From NCBI GenBank assembly GCA_050010755.1, contig JBEKKK010000001.1:320001-384000 (forward strand): a DNA stretch of 64,000 nt, read 5' to 3'. The translations under genes were made by a program, and so were the position numbers. The first letter of the stretch is position 1; each line of letters starts with the position of its first letter. Under the pieces are notes generated by a model that saw only the letters and a list, made by a program, of their open reading frames with translations, was not told the origin of the DNA and did no database searches. Shown piece by piece: positions 52,124-62,035 of the stretch. Source of the stretch: Candidatus Bathyarchaeia archaeon (lineage in GTDB: Archaea > Thermoproteota > Bathyarchaeia > Bathyarchaeales > Bathycorpusculaceae).

Positions 52124-52609
52124 CTAGGAGGTAGTCTGCGATTCTTTCTTTTCCGGTTGGTTTTGTGGTGTCGCGATTTCGTGGGTTTCTCCTGGAGGGA
52201 TGACCATGATTTGCGGTTCCGAGGGCTTGAGCTCTGGCTTTGTGGGTTCTTCGGGTTGTTTTTCGGTTTCTGTTTTCTGAGGTTCGAGTTGTTGTTCGTT
52301 TTCGGGTTTAGGAGTGACTGGCGTCGATGGTTCTGGGAGGTGTTCAATAATCGTGATGCCTCTTACCGTTAGAAGTGAGCCTATCCAGACCATGATCCCT
52401 AAGAACATTGAGTGGATGCATGCTCCAATTATGGAGGGAAGAGATTGACCGAGCGTCCGCAATAAATCTCCCGAACCGATAATGGAGAGACTTTGGGTCA
52501 GGAAGCCGTAGGCGCTTACGAAAGTGAATATCAACAAAGAGACTCCTATTACCAGAATCGTGACTCCCGAAAGGGCGATTTTGTCTCTGAGTTTTTTGAA
52601 CATGTTCAA
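52124..52609 (-). CDS. Membrane protein with Pro/Glu/Gln-rich tail
   Basis: Two TM helices followed by a low-complexity C-terminus. Confidence 0.7.
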   Translation of the reverse strand: MNMFKKLRDKIALSGVTILVIGVSLLIFTFVSAYGFLTQSLSIIGSGDLLRTLGQSLPSIIGACIHSMFLGIMVWIGSLLTVRGITIIEHLPEPSTPVTPKPENEQQLEPQKTETEKQPEEPTKPELKPSEPQIMVIPPGETHEIATPQNQPEKKESQTTS

Positions 52610-52779
52610 TTCCTATCTGTATTGAAAAGAATCAGGAATATTAAATATTATGACATTTGAAACTGAATCCTAGCTAAATATCGAAAGAATAAAACAGAAA
52701 CATCCAGCACATAGAAACTAGCGCGCGCCGCTTCTTGAGTCATTGACGGCTTAATCCGTTTCCATTCAGTTCGCGCCCG

Positions 52780-53499
52780 TCAACAATCATCGAGAATGCT
52801 CAAGAGTTCAGTTAGACTCTTGACAATCTTGTCTGGTTTGACCTCAGGGTGATTCTGCCCGGCTCTTCTTTCTATCAGGATGGTTTTCATGCCAACTTTT
52901 TTGGGGCCTATGATGTCTAGATCCAGCATGTCTCCGATGAAGACTGCTCTTGAAGCGCGCAGGCTCAAAGCATTTAAGGCCCTCTCAAAGATTTTGGGGC
53001 TGGGCTTTCTCACGTTAATCTCGCCGCTGATCAATATGATATCGAAGAACTTGCTCAGGCCGAAACGGTCTAAGAGTTGCCTGCCGCATTCGGGGATGCC
53101 GAAATTTGATATTAGGCCAAGCTTGTATTTTCCGTATAGTTTCTGCAGAACGTTATACGCATCGGGGTCTATGCTAACGTGATGCATGAATTCTTCGGCA
53201 AATGCCTCAGTTGCCTCTGACACGATGGGGCTGGATGCGGCAAGATTGAAACCGAGTTCCTGCAGCGTCTGGACAATCCGAACGTTGAAGTGGGGTTCCT
53301 CCAGACTCTGGCGAGACTCCGAATAATATTTGTCTCGAACCTCGAAGTAAGCGCGGCTGAAATCTTTGAATGTTACGTTGATTCCGTTATTGATCAAGGA
53401 TTCGTCAAGTTTCATCAAGCAACTTTCATAGTACACTTCTCCAGGTTCGAGCAGCAGCAAGGTGTCGAAAAGATCAAAAAACACAGCCTCGACCTGCAT
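52780..53499 (-). CDS. HAD-superfamily hydrolase
   Basis: FFDLFDTL, LISN, RKPSPKIF and IGDMLDLDI motifs. Confidence 0.9.
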   Translation of the reverse strand: MQVEAVFFDLFDTLLLLEPGEVYYESCLMKLDESLINNGINVTFKDFSRAYFEVRDKYYSESRQSLEEPHFNVRIVQTLQELGFNLAASSPIVSEATEAFAEEFMHHVSIDPDAYNVLQKLYGKYKLGLISNFGIPECGRQLLDRFGLSKFFDIILISGEINVRKPSPKIFERALNALSLRASRAVFIGDMLDLDIIGPKKVGMKTILIERRAGQNHPEVKPDKIVKSLTELLSILDDC

Positions 53500-53716
53500 G
53501 TCCACCACCCTGAATCTCGTCTTGGAATGAAAAGATAAAAGGGTTTTTGCCCCGAAACAGCACGCGAGTATCAAAGATTCGAGATTTTAAACCGCGATTA
53601 TGCAAGCGGGGCGAACCAATCTACAAATTTCCTACCAAAGAGGACACGCGCTAGATGTAATCCATGAACATTATCATGAGTGTCTGCCTCTGCATACTCC
53701 CATTTTTCTCCTATTC

Positions 53717-54190
53717 TCAGACGTCCTCGGTTTTGCCCTGTTCCTTCCTGATATAATCAAGAACGGCGTTCCTAAATTCTTGCGTTAGTTTAGCTACTCC
53801 TGGTCTTGAATACTTAAAGAGGTCAACACTTCTACTTGCCTCTATTTCGCTTAGAACTTTGGATGCTCCAAACACATACATACTAACACGAGAAGGAGAG
53901 TTTCTCAGATACTGCATTATGTTCGATCTTTCAAAGAAGAGTTTCTTGAGGTTGTCAGTTTCCAAGGAAACGATGATTAGGGTGTACCGTTTTTTCCCTA
54001 GAATGTTCTGCGCCGATCCGACGTTTGTATCTCCCTTCTCACTTATCTTTTTTTGGTTGAAGAAAATAGAATCCTTTGAGAACACAAGCAAATCGATTTT
54101 TCCAACAAGCTCTTGGACAGACGTTCTTAGTCCAGTAATCTGTTCAAATGCAGGTGCTTCGGGATCATCTGTTATCATTAGAACTTTCAA
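53717..54190 (-). CDS. Hypothetical protein
   Basis: 157-aa ORF, TTG start with SD-like GGATGTGG. Confidence 0.6.
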   Translation of the reverse strand: MKVLMITDDPEAPAFEQITGLRTSVQELVGKIDLLVFSKDSIFFNQKKISEKGDTNVGSAQNILGKKRYTLIIVSLETDNLKKLFFERSNIMQYLRNSPSRVSMYVFGASKVLSEIEASRSVDLFKYSRPGVAKLTQEFRNAVLDYIRKEQGKTEDV

Positions 54191-54362
54191 ATGACCACAT
54201 CCTGAACGTGTTTCTCTAACATGCTGGTTCTCTTGGTATGCAGACTATCCCGCGATATTTGATTAAAAGGTTTCTGGCAGTGTCATCTCGAAAATAGCAT
54301 AGCGCGCGCCGGTAGCAAATGATTTATACACTTAGTGCCTAATGGTTTTGTGGGTGTTTCGA

Positions 54363-54605
54363 ATGGTTGAAGCTCTGATTCTTGTACGTGTAGGCTCAGG
54401 TGAAACGGCAAATTTCATGAAAACCGTCAAAGAACACTTGTGCAAGATTAAAGGCGTCAACGAGGTCTTCGGTGTTTTCGGCCGTTACGACTTTGTTGCA
54501 AGGGTTCAGACGAAGACGCTCTCAGACTTGGGCAACATTGTCACTGACTGCATAAGGGGAACTATCGGAGTAGTAGCGACAGAAACGCTCGTAATCGGCT
54601 TCTGA
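54363..54605 (+). CDS. Stand-alone Lrp/AsnC ligand-binding (RAM) domain
   Basis: VFGRYDFVA and GVVATETL motifs. Confidence 0.85.
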   Translation: MVEALILVRVGSGETANFMKTVKEHLCKIKGVNEVFGVFGRYDFVARVQTKTLSDLGNIVTDCIRGTIGVVATETLVIGF

Positions 54606-54870
54606 AATCAACAACAGCACTTCCACTAACCATCTTCTTTGGTTTCGTTTCGCTTGGTTCCGTTTGATGGATTTTTGCTTCACACTCATTAACCCTTAGT
54701 TTGTCGTCTATTGCTGTGCAGATAAATACGTGCGCCGTCGTCTCGTCGTTTCTGTTTTTTTGGCGGTTGATATCTATCACTGCATCTATTCGGCGTATCT
54801 CTATATCTAAGGAGACAAGAGAGAACAAGCTTGCGCTTGATTTGGACCAGCACTGGACGCACGAACGAGT

Positions 54871-55959
54871 TCATTTCCTAGGAGGTTCTGGGCAACTATT
54901 TCGGCGGCGCATAAGAGAGACCCTGTTGCAGGCGCCGTAAACGCAGCGATTGAGAACCACACATTGAAAGCCTACGAAAGCGATTGATAGTTTGAACCAC
55001 ATAGATGCAAAACGGGTCAAAAGCGTCGCAACCGCGCTTAACTGGAACGGGACGCCTAACTCGGTGTAGAGCTGTATCATTACTACCTCCGTGAAGCCGA
55101 CAACTGCTACTCCCGATGTCTGTAGACTTACAGTCAACGCATACACTATCAGCGCCTTGTCCACGGGCACAGGAAAACGTATAGCCGAAAAGACAAGGAT
55201 AACCAGAAGGACATCAAAGACAGATGCTAAAGAGGAGAAAAAAGCAGCTTTTATCAAAACCCTAGGATTTCCACGTATGCTCTGAATACCTTCGTGAAAC
55301 GGGCCTAACGTCTTTTGCGCGCTTTCCCTAAAACGTGTCCGGTCCCAGTTTTTTCTTCGAACCAACGATATTAGCCGCGCTATCCAGCCTACCACCCTTT
55401 CAGTAGCTTTCGGCTTAATACTGAAATATACAAACGCTACAAACAGGGCAACCAAAAGAGAGATGCTGACGACAGATAGAATTAGAAACTCTGGTTGAAG
55501 ACCATAGTTTAAGGTCAGCAGAGTGAGCCCTGCAACCAAGGTCACCAGGACGATGGCTACGCCAAATAGTTTCTGAACGACGACCGACGCCACAGTCTTG
55601 CCGGTATCCAATCCAGAATCTTTGGAGATCAGGTAGGCTTTGAAAAAGTCGCCTGAAACGCCGCCCGGTATCACCTCGTCAACAAACAAGCCAACCCATG
55701 AAAACAGAAAGGTTCTCCACCTGCTGATTCTCAATTGAAGACCAGAAAGCAGGTTATTCCAACTCAATGAAAGGCAGAAGACACTTGCCAATACCGCAAC
55801 GAAACCCAACATGTAGTAAAATAGGTTTATGCTCTCGAATGTCATTATCAAATTACCGACGCCGACGAAGGAATAGAGATAGAAGGCCAACACTGCCAAA
55901 CCAGCAACCATCGAAAGCACAACCCATTTCCTGTTGGTTTGGTTTGGTGCCGAACTCAT
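54871..55959 (-). CDS. Flippase-like membrane protein (LPG synthase TM/UPF0104)
   Basis: Multiple TM helices; PGG..GD and LLTRF motifs. Confidence 0.82.
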   Translation of the reverse strand: MSSAPNQTNRKWVVLSMVAGLAVLAFYLYSFVGVGNLIMTFESINLFYYMLGFVAVLASVFCLSLSWNNLLSGLQLRISRWRTFLFSWVGLFVDEVIPGGVSGDFFKAYLISKDSGLDTGKTVASVVVQKLFGVAIVLVTLVAGLTLLTLNYGLQPEFLILSVVSISLLVALFVAFVYFSIKPKATERVVGWIARLISLVRRKNWDRTRFRESAQKTLGPFHEGIQSIRGNPRVLIKAAFFSSLASVFDVLLVILVFSAIRFPVPVDKALIVYALTVSLQTSGVAVVGFTEVVMIQLYTELGVPFQLSAVATLLTRFASMWFKLSIAFVGFQCVVLNRCVYGACNRVSLMRRRNSCPEPPRK

Positions 55960-56070
55960 CAGTCAGCCAGCCTTTGCTAAATCATTCACAACGACAAAAC
56001 TATTTAAACAGAAACGCCAGGGCATCTTGAAGCGTGACGTCCGAACTAGTCGATTTCAGATTCGTTCTCG

Positions 56071-56373
56071 CTAATGCGCGGCTGTCATCAATTCACCTAG
56101 GACATTCTCTAATTGGTGGACAGTTAGGACGAAACGCACATTTATTTTATAGCAGAACCTTGCCGTTCTTTCTATTTTGACTTCATGCTTAATGATTAGA
56201 TTCCTCTGTTGCCATGATTTGAACTGCCTGTTCAAAAAATAGGCTGCAAAGAAGGGTATGAGTGGCTCCAAAACAAAAACGACTTTCAAAAGAACACGTA
56301 CCAACTGGCCGGTGAATGATCCGGTCTTTTCCCCTCTTCTGTGTGTGAAATACTGAAACCATCTTTCAACCAA
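56071..56373 (-). CDS. Hypothetical protein
   Basis: 100-aa ORF. Confidence 0.5.
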   Translation of the reverse strand: MVERWFQYFTHRRGEKTGSFTGQLVRVLLKVVFVLEPLIPFFAAYFLNRQFKSWQQRNLIIKHEVKIERTARFCYKINVRFVLTVHQLENVLGELMTAAH

Positions 56374-56526
56374 TCTGTAGGCCTCAGGTCGAGCTAGACG
56401 CCTTCATCATCCGCGCATGGATAGAAAATCAAGAAGAAATGAGGACGCCTTTTTTGAGAATCCTAGTTTTCAGTTTCGCCTTCACTAGTTCTTTCCAGAG
56501 ATGATCCGTTGCTTCATTTGTTGGAG

Positions 56527-56736
56527 CTATTTCTTGGCTTTTGGCTTTATGAGTACCTTCACTGAGACGTCAACGGTAATCCCTTCTTCGTGGCTTTCCA
56601 CTGCAAATCGCCAATCTTTCACTTCCGCGTGTAAGTCTTTCAACTGACCAACCACTGAGTCTTTGAACCCGGTTATCGCATCCCTAATCCTCTCCATTCT
56701 CTCAGGTGTAACCTCGACTTTTTCTGCCGTTTTCAA
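56527..56736 (-). CDS. Hypothetical small protein
   Basis: GGGAGGTGA SD before TTG. Confidence 0.7.
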   Translation of the reverse strand: MKTAEKVEVTPERMERIRDAITGFKDSVVGQLKDLHAEVKDWRFAVESHEEGITVDVSVKVLIKPKAKK

Positions 56737-56804
56737 TCACCTCCCGATAAGAAACTGCATTTCACGATAACAAGTGACAATAAGCTTTTTTATGTTTTGC
56801 TGCT

Positions 56805-56980
56805 GCAGGTCAACAGTCACACCTCGGATTCCCTTGGTACACAACGCAACGGTCAGCGCAAGTTCATTTCCAGCAGGCTCAATGCACGCGCTGTTAATCT
56901 TTATTGGCTGGTCCCAAGGGATTAGACCCCAAATGGGGACAATTCCAACTCTCAAGTTCCCCAGTGCTCCCGCGACCGCA
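56805..56980 (-). ncRNA. Candidate structured non-coding RNA
   Basis: Several nested helices (see findings); TATA-like GTTAAATAG upstream on the minus strand. Confidence 0.4.
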
Positions 56981-57161
56981 CGACACTAACGAATCGCCTA
57001 GCAAATCCTATTTAACTATCGTTGATCGGTAGAGCTCACCCGAGCGCTACACGTGCGTTCGGCGGCAAAGTCTGTCCCCACACGCGATGCTAATAAACGA
57101 AATATGAATTGTAAGAAAATAGGGATGCTTGTTTTTGCTCATGGCTCTTAGCCCGCGCCCC

Positions 57162-57509
57162 TCAAACTGACTGCTGAGGTTCAAGTAGAATATCCTTCCC
57201 TTCAACTTTCACCACGTATGCAGCTTCATCTTTGATCTTTGGGTGCATGAAAAGAATCTTTGGACCAGAAACAACTTTGCCGGTTGTGATGTCAAATTTT
57301 GCCCTATGCTTTGGACAGGTCACCGTATTTCCCTCCAACACTCCTTTAGAAAGGTCGCCGCTCATGTGTGTGCAAATGTTTCCGATGGCGTGATAGACGC
57401 CGTTTACGTTGGCTATCAAAACTTCTTTTTCAGCAAGCTTTACGACCTTCATTTGTCCCAGCGGGATCTCAGAAGTTTCAGCAACTTTCACAAGAGTCAA
57501 TTTTTCCAC
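57162..57509 (-). CDS. Rieske [2Fe-2S] ferredoxin
   Basis: CTH and CPKH..FD motifs. Confidence 0.9.
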   Translation of the reverse strand: MEKLTLVKVAETSEIPLGQMKVVKLAEKEVLIANVNGVYHAIGNICTHMSGDLSKGVLEGNTVTCPKHRAKFDITTGKVVSGPKILFMHPKIKDEAAYVVKVEGKDILLEPQQSV

Positions 57510-57549
57510 CTCCGTTATTCATATTTTTTTTCTCCAATTCTAATCACGA

Positions 57550-58181
57550 TTAATTGCTGATCGCGGGTGCTTGTCGCAAATACTTCGTGTCTTGTACTTG
57601 TTTTAGCAGGAACTCGGCCAAGTCTGCACGCGAAATCCATGTGCCCACTTCGCCCTTTCCGACATAGCCAGCCTTGACTTTTCCGGATTTGGGATTATTG
57701 TTTAGCATCGTTAGGCGCAGATAGTCCAATCGAGGTCGGAGTTGCGCACGGTTTCAGCGGTGCTAACTATGTCTTTGTATGCATCGTGCATCGTGACCTT
57801 GACAATGTTGACCATAGCCCTGGTTCTGAAGTTCAATGGGTCGTTGGGATCCTTACCGCTCAAGGTTGACGTGATGACCAGTCTGTGTACGTTTTGTTTC
57901 TTCATCGCCGCAATTATGTTTTGCATGCCTTGAGTGATTGGTTTATTCTTTGAACCGCCCCTTGGACCCAGAGTGCTGATTACTGCGTCTGCACCGGTCA
58001 CCGCACTCTCAATCAATGGTTCATTGGCCAATTCGCCTTGAATGACCTTCAAACGTTCGCTGCTGATGCCAAGTTTGACTGGATTACGAACATATGTCAC
58101 TACTTCGTGTCCTGCTGCAAGAGCTTGTTCGACAAGTTGCCTGCCTGTTTCGCCAGTTGCTCCAAAAATAGCGATTTTCAT
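57550..58181 (-). pseudogene. NAD(P)-binding oxidoreductase (biliverdin reductase B-like), frameshifted near 57720
   Basis: MKIAIFGATG; after LDWTI another frame continues RLTMLNNNPK...ISRADLAEFLL...PAISN* to 57550. Confidence 0.8.
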
Positions 58182-58196
58182 TTCATCACCAAAACG

Positions 58197-58607
58197 CTAA
58201 ACTCTTGCCAAGACCTGGCTACCCTCTACTCTCACCGTATACGTGAGTTGATCATAGGTTCTGATAACTTTTTGCAATTCTCTCTGACGCTGTAACACCT
58301 GTGATATGGTCCTCTGGACTTCTTCGGGGCACTTTTCAAACATGTTTGCGCCGCCTGCCATTTCCACTGGTCTGGAAACCATTTTCCCCGTAATGACATC
58401 AAATCTTGAGAAGTGTTGAGGACAAGTCACGATGTTTTTGTCCAAAGTGCCCATAGAAAGCCTCGCGTTCATGTGACCGCATCGGTCACTTATTGCGTAG
58501 ATTTTCCCATTTACGTTTACGAGCATTATCTCTTTTCCATTCACTTCAACGTGCTTCATTTTGCCCAAAGGAATATCCGAAGTTTCAGCGACTTTAACAA
58601 AACTCAA
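58197..58607 (-). CDS. Rieske [2Fe-2S] ferredoxin with internal insertion
   Basis: CGH and CPQH.SRFD motifs. Confidence 0.88.
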   Translation of the reverse strand: MSFVKVAETSDIPLGKMKHVEVNGKEIMLVNVNGKIYAISDRCGHMNARLSMGTLDKNIVTCPQHFSRFDVITGKMVSRPVEMAGGANMFEKCPEEVQRTISQVLQRQRELQKVIRTYDQLTYTVRVEGSQVLARV

Positions 58608-58860
58608 ATTTCACGCCAGCTTATTTTCAATTGATGACATTAAGATTAAGGGAAACATAAAAGTTACTCATCGCGAGTGCAGCGTCAGCCTTCTGTGAAT
58701 GAAACGCCGCCGATGGGACTTGGACTTATGAACACGCGCACTTCGCTACTTTCGCGAGAGGATTTGAGAATGATGTTATTTGAGCTTAAAGCGTGAGATT
58801 ACAGTCCTTAAATCTCGGAAGCCTGATAAATTGCAAAGATAGAACAAAGGATACAGGGTA

Positions 58861-59424
58861 TTGAGCACGGAACAGAGCAATGAGCTCAAAGTCGGCGATA
58901 GCGCCCCAGATTTTACACTTCCGGATCAGTCCGGTGCGATGGTGAGCCTAAGACAGTTCGTCGGCAACAATATCATAATGCTTTACTTCTATCCGAAAGA
59001 CTTCAGTCGAGGGTGCTCTGCAGAAGCCTGCGCGTTTAGGGACAGCTACGAAGTGTTTGAGCAAGCGGGCGCACAGGTTCTGGGTATAAGTTCTCAGTCG
59101 GTTGATTCGCACAACAGGTTTGCTATGATGAATAAGCTTCCGTTCATCCTATTGAGCGATTAGGATGGAAGAGTGAGAAAGCTCTACGGTGTGCCTTCGA
59201 CTTTAGGATTCCTACCTGGAAGAGTCACATACGTTATCGACAAGAAGGGCATGGTCAGACACATATTCTCTTCTCAGTCGCAACCTACAAAACACATAGA
59301 AGAAGCCCTCAAAATCGTGAAGGATCTCAGCCAAGAATGGAATTCGAATGGCAACGTGGAAGAGGCTCTACACTTCATGTTACCCCGACTTGGTCCCGCC
59401 AACCTTAAGAGAAATAAGAGATAA
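58861..59424 (+). pseudogene. bcp: BCP/PrxQ peroxiredoxin interrupted by in-frame TAG at 59161-59163
   Basis: GD.APDFTL, FYPKDFS.GC..EAC and LLSD*DGRVRKLYGV...RVTYVIDK all in one frame. Confidence 0.8.
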
Positions 59425-59624
59425 TACGAGAAAATGTGTTTATCTTTTTCGTGCGCTATAATTTGTTTTGGTTTATGGCGGGCCTATGAGCGAAGAGAAG
59501 AAAACATCTCAAGACGCTTTGTTCAAAGAGGCTACTCTCGACGCATTATCATAGTGTAAAGAAAGAGAAAGAGGTCGGTAATTGAATAACCTGGCTCGCA
59601 GGTACTATTCAAATTCTTGATTAG

Positions 59625-59695
59625 AGGGTGTACCGTGCACGAGAATTACTTTGCAAATTAAGGGGGAAAGGAACCCTTTGTGCACGATACACCCT
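59625..59695 (-). ncRNA. Candidate 71-nt small RNA or inverted-repeat element
   Basis: 16-bp terminal stem AGGGTGTATCGTGCAC/GTGCACGGTACACCCT (one G-U pair on the minus strand) enclosing two small hairpins. Confidence 0.5.
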
Positions 59696-59900
59696 AAAAG
59701 TATTAAATGATACAACCAATTTAAGCCTTGTCAACACAAAATCTTTATGAAGCTCTCAAATATCGGCGGGATAGCGAAAACTTGTTTCCTTTTACCATGG
59801 AAATAGAGTACAGCGTGTTGAGTGTCGGGTTTGTTACGTTTGTCCATTGAGTCCCTTCTGGGAACCGCTGATCTTAAATATTTTGCTCATTCCCAAGGTT

Positions 59901-60839
59901 TCAGTGCACGATGCGCGTGCCAGTCTCCCCTTGCAGGGCGCGTTCGAGATTTTCTGGGTTGGTTATGAGGGCTTCTTTTCCGCCGTGTTCCAGATAGCTT
60001 GTTATCGCTTCGATTTTTGGGCCCATGCTGCCTGGGGGGAAATGCCCCTGTTCATGGTATTTCTTCGCTTCCGCCAGTGTCATTTTGTCCAGTGATTTCT
60101 GATTCGGCTTTCCGAAGTTGAGAGCCACTTTTTCCACGGCAGTAGATATCAGAAAGAGGTCGGCCTTGATGCCTATGGCGAGGAGCGCCGAAGCATAGTC
60201 TTTGTCGATTACTGCTTCCGCCCCTTTGAGCCTGCCATCCTGTTCAATGACTGGGATGCCTCCGCCTCCGACGGCGATGACTATTATTCCTTTGTTGACT
60301 AGGGATTTGATGACGTCCTGCTCGATAATCTTGACAGGCATCGGAGAGGGTACCACACGGCGCCAACCGCGGCCTGCGTCTTCCATCACATCCCACCCTC
60401 TTTCTTTTCTGTACTTTTCTGCTTTTTCTTTGTCATAGAAGGGGCCGATGGGTTTGGTGGGGTTCTGGAAGGCGGGATCATTCTTCTCGACTAATGTCTG
60501 AGTCACGACTGACGCAACGCTCTTTTTGATTCCTCTTTGTTTGAATTCGTTGTACAGGCACTGTTGTATCATGTATCCTAGGGCTCCCTGAGTGTCAGCT
60601 CCACAAGAATCAAGCGGAACCGTGTGGAGAACGTTGCTTGCCAGTTCTGAACGTAAAAGGATAAAGCCCACTTGAGGGCCGTTTCCATGAGTTATAGCCA
60701 CTTTCCACCCTTGTTCTATCATGCCGGCTATATGCGTGCACGTTTCACGAGTTGCGTCAAATTGATCAGGCACAGTCTGATGGTTCTTATCCTTAATTAG
60801 AGAATTTCCACCGATGGCCACGACCGCCACATTTCCCAT
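59901..60839 (-). CDS. arcC: Carbamate kinase
   Basis: VAIGGN, THGNGPQVG, PTKPIGPFY, RRVVPSP, VIDKD and GSMGPK motifs. Confidence 0.95.
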   Translation of the reverse strand: MGNVAVVAIGGNSLIKDKNHQTVPDQFDATRETCTHIAGMIEQGWKVAITHGNGPQVGFILLRSELASNVLHTVPLDSCGADTQGALGYMIQQCLYNEFKQRGIKKSVASVVTQTLVEKNDPAFQNPTKPIGPFYDKEKAEKYRKERGWDVMEDAGRGWRRVVPSPMPVKIIEQDVIKSLVNKGIIVIAVGGGGIPVIEQDGRLKGAEAVIDKDYASALLAIGIKADLFLISTAVEKVALNFGKPNQKSLDKMTLAEAKKYHEQGHFPPGSMGPKIEAITSYLEHGGKEALITNPENLERALQGETGTRIVH

Positions 60840-61017
60840 AAGGTTCCACCTACACATCGAGCTCTGGCTAGAGGTAAATTGTAGAAATCTGCATTGCCCT
60901 ATAAATATGAGCGCGTCTGTTTCAGGCACCGACGGTTCAGTCGCGAGCCTTCAAACGAATTTGCCCGTAAAATGACAATCAGAGTGGTGAACATAAAAAA
61001 AGATAGTTATCAACCCC

Positions 61018-61515
61018 TTAGCTCGACGCCCGCCCTCTCTCAGCAACTTCGTTCAATGTAATTCCGTACGGTAATGCGTCATTCTCTTGCCATCGGATTA
61101 AGACGTCCCATGATAATTCATTCTCATCGTCCGCATCTTTTTCGAGTTCACTCAGAAGGTTGCGTACATTAACGCTTTGATTCTTCTCTTCTAAGCGTCT
61201 CGCTGCCTGAGCAAGCAAGTATTCTGCAGCCTCACGTTCGACATTAAGGGTCTCGGCAAACGAGTCAGCATCGTTCCTCTGTTTGAATGTGGCAATTTTT
61301 AACCATCGTGTCCCATCATCTGGTTGATATTCTGAGGAATATGCGTGAGGATTCGGAATAAAAACAGCCCAACCGCCCAGTTCGCTTACTCTAGCAGCAG
61401 AAGGAGACGCATCGCCAGGCACCATGTTGTCCGTTACGTATATGTGCCAACCATGGTTCGTGTAGCCATCAACAAAAATAGTCTCGTGATCGTCACGAAA
61501 TGTAGGAGTATTCAT
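61018..61515 (-). CDS. Hypothetical protein
   Basis: 165-aa ATG ORF with GAGG SD. Confidence 0.55.
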   Translation of the reverse strand: MNTPTFRDDHETIFVDGYTNHGWHIYVTDNMVPGDASPSAARVSELGGWAVFIPNPHAYSSEYQPDDGTRWLKIATFKQRNDADSFAETLNVEREAAEYLLAQAARRLEEKNQSVNVRNLLSELEKDADDENELSWDVLIRWQENDALPYGITLNEVAERGRASS

Positions 61516-62035
61516 TTGAATATCCTCACAAACACGCCTTCAGCTCCGAAACTATCCTAATAAACTTTTTAGCCCACCAAAAAATCAAACTAGACGAAAA
61601 AATTGCCCGCCAAATGCACTTAGAATAAAACACGCGGGCCGATTTCTGACGGTTGTTTTCGAGAAGACTTGAAGCGGTAGCTTCGAACTCACCTGTGATC
61701 AGGTTCTTCCTGAGCAGATGATTCTCATTTGAGCGTACAGTTTTCAGGATGCTTTTTCTAAACCATACGTACTACTCCAGCAACCAATTAAACAGAAACT
61801 TCCCGCGAACCACGGATTATGCTATCCGAATGTACTCTCAGTCCCGAAACAAATAGCGCGAATGCATTTTCCGAAATAAAAGAAGGGTTTTGAAATATCC
61901 GTGTAGATTTCGCTTTCGAACGCCCAGACGGGCACATGATATGGTTAGCATACGATTTTGACTAGAAAATAAGCGGGCGCTATTTCAGGTATAGTTTGCT
62001 TCGTCGCGCGTTTTGGGAGTTTTGCTTGAGAGCCT

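Noticed and set aside
61560-62030. Possible gene remnant in the gap before the carbamoyltransferase
   Set aside because: Only short interrupted frames with no recognisable similarity.
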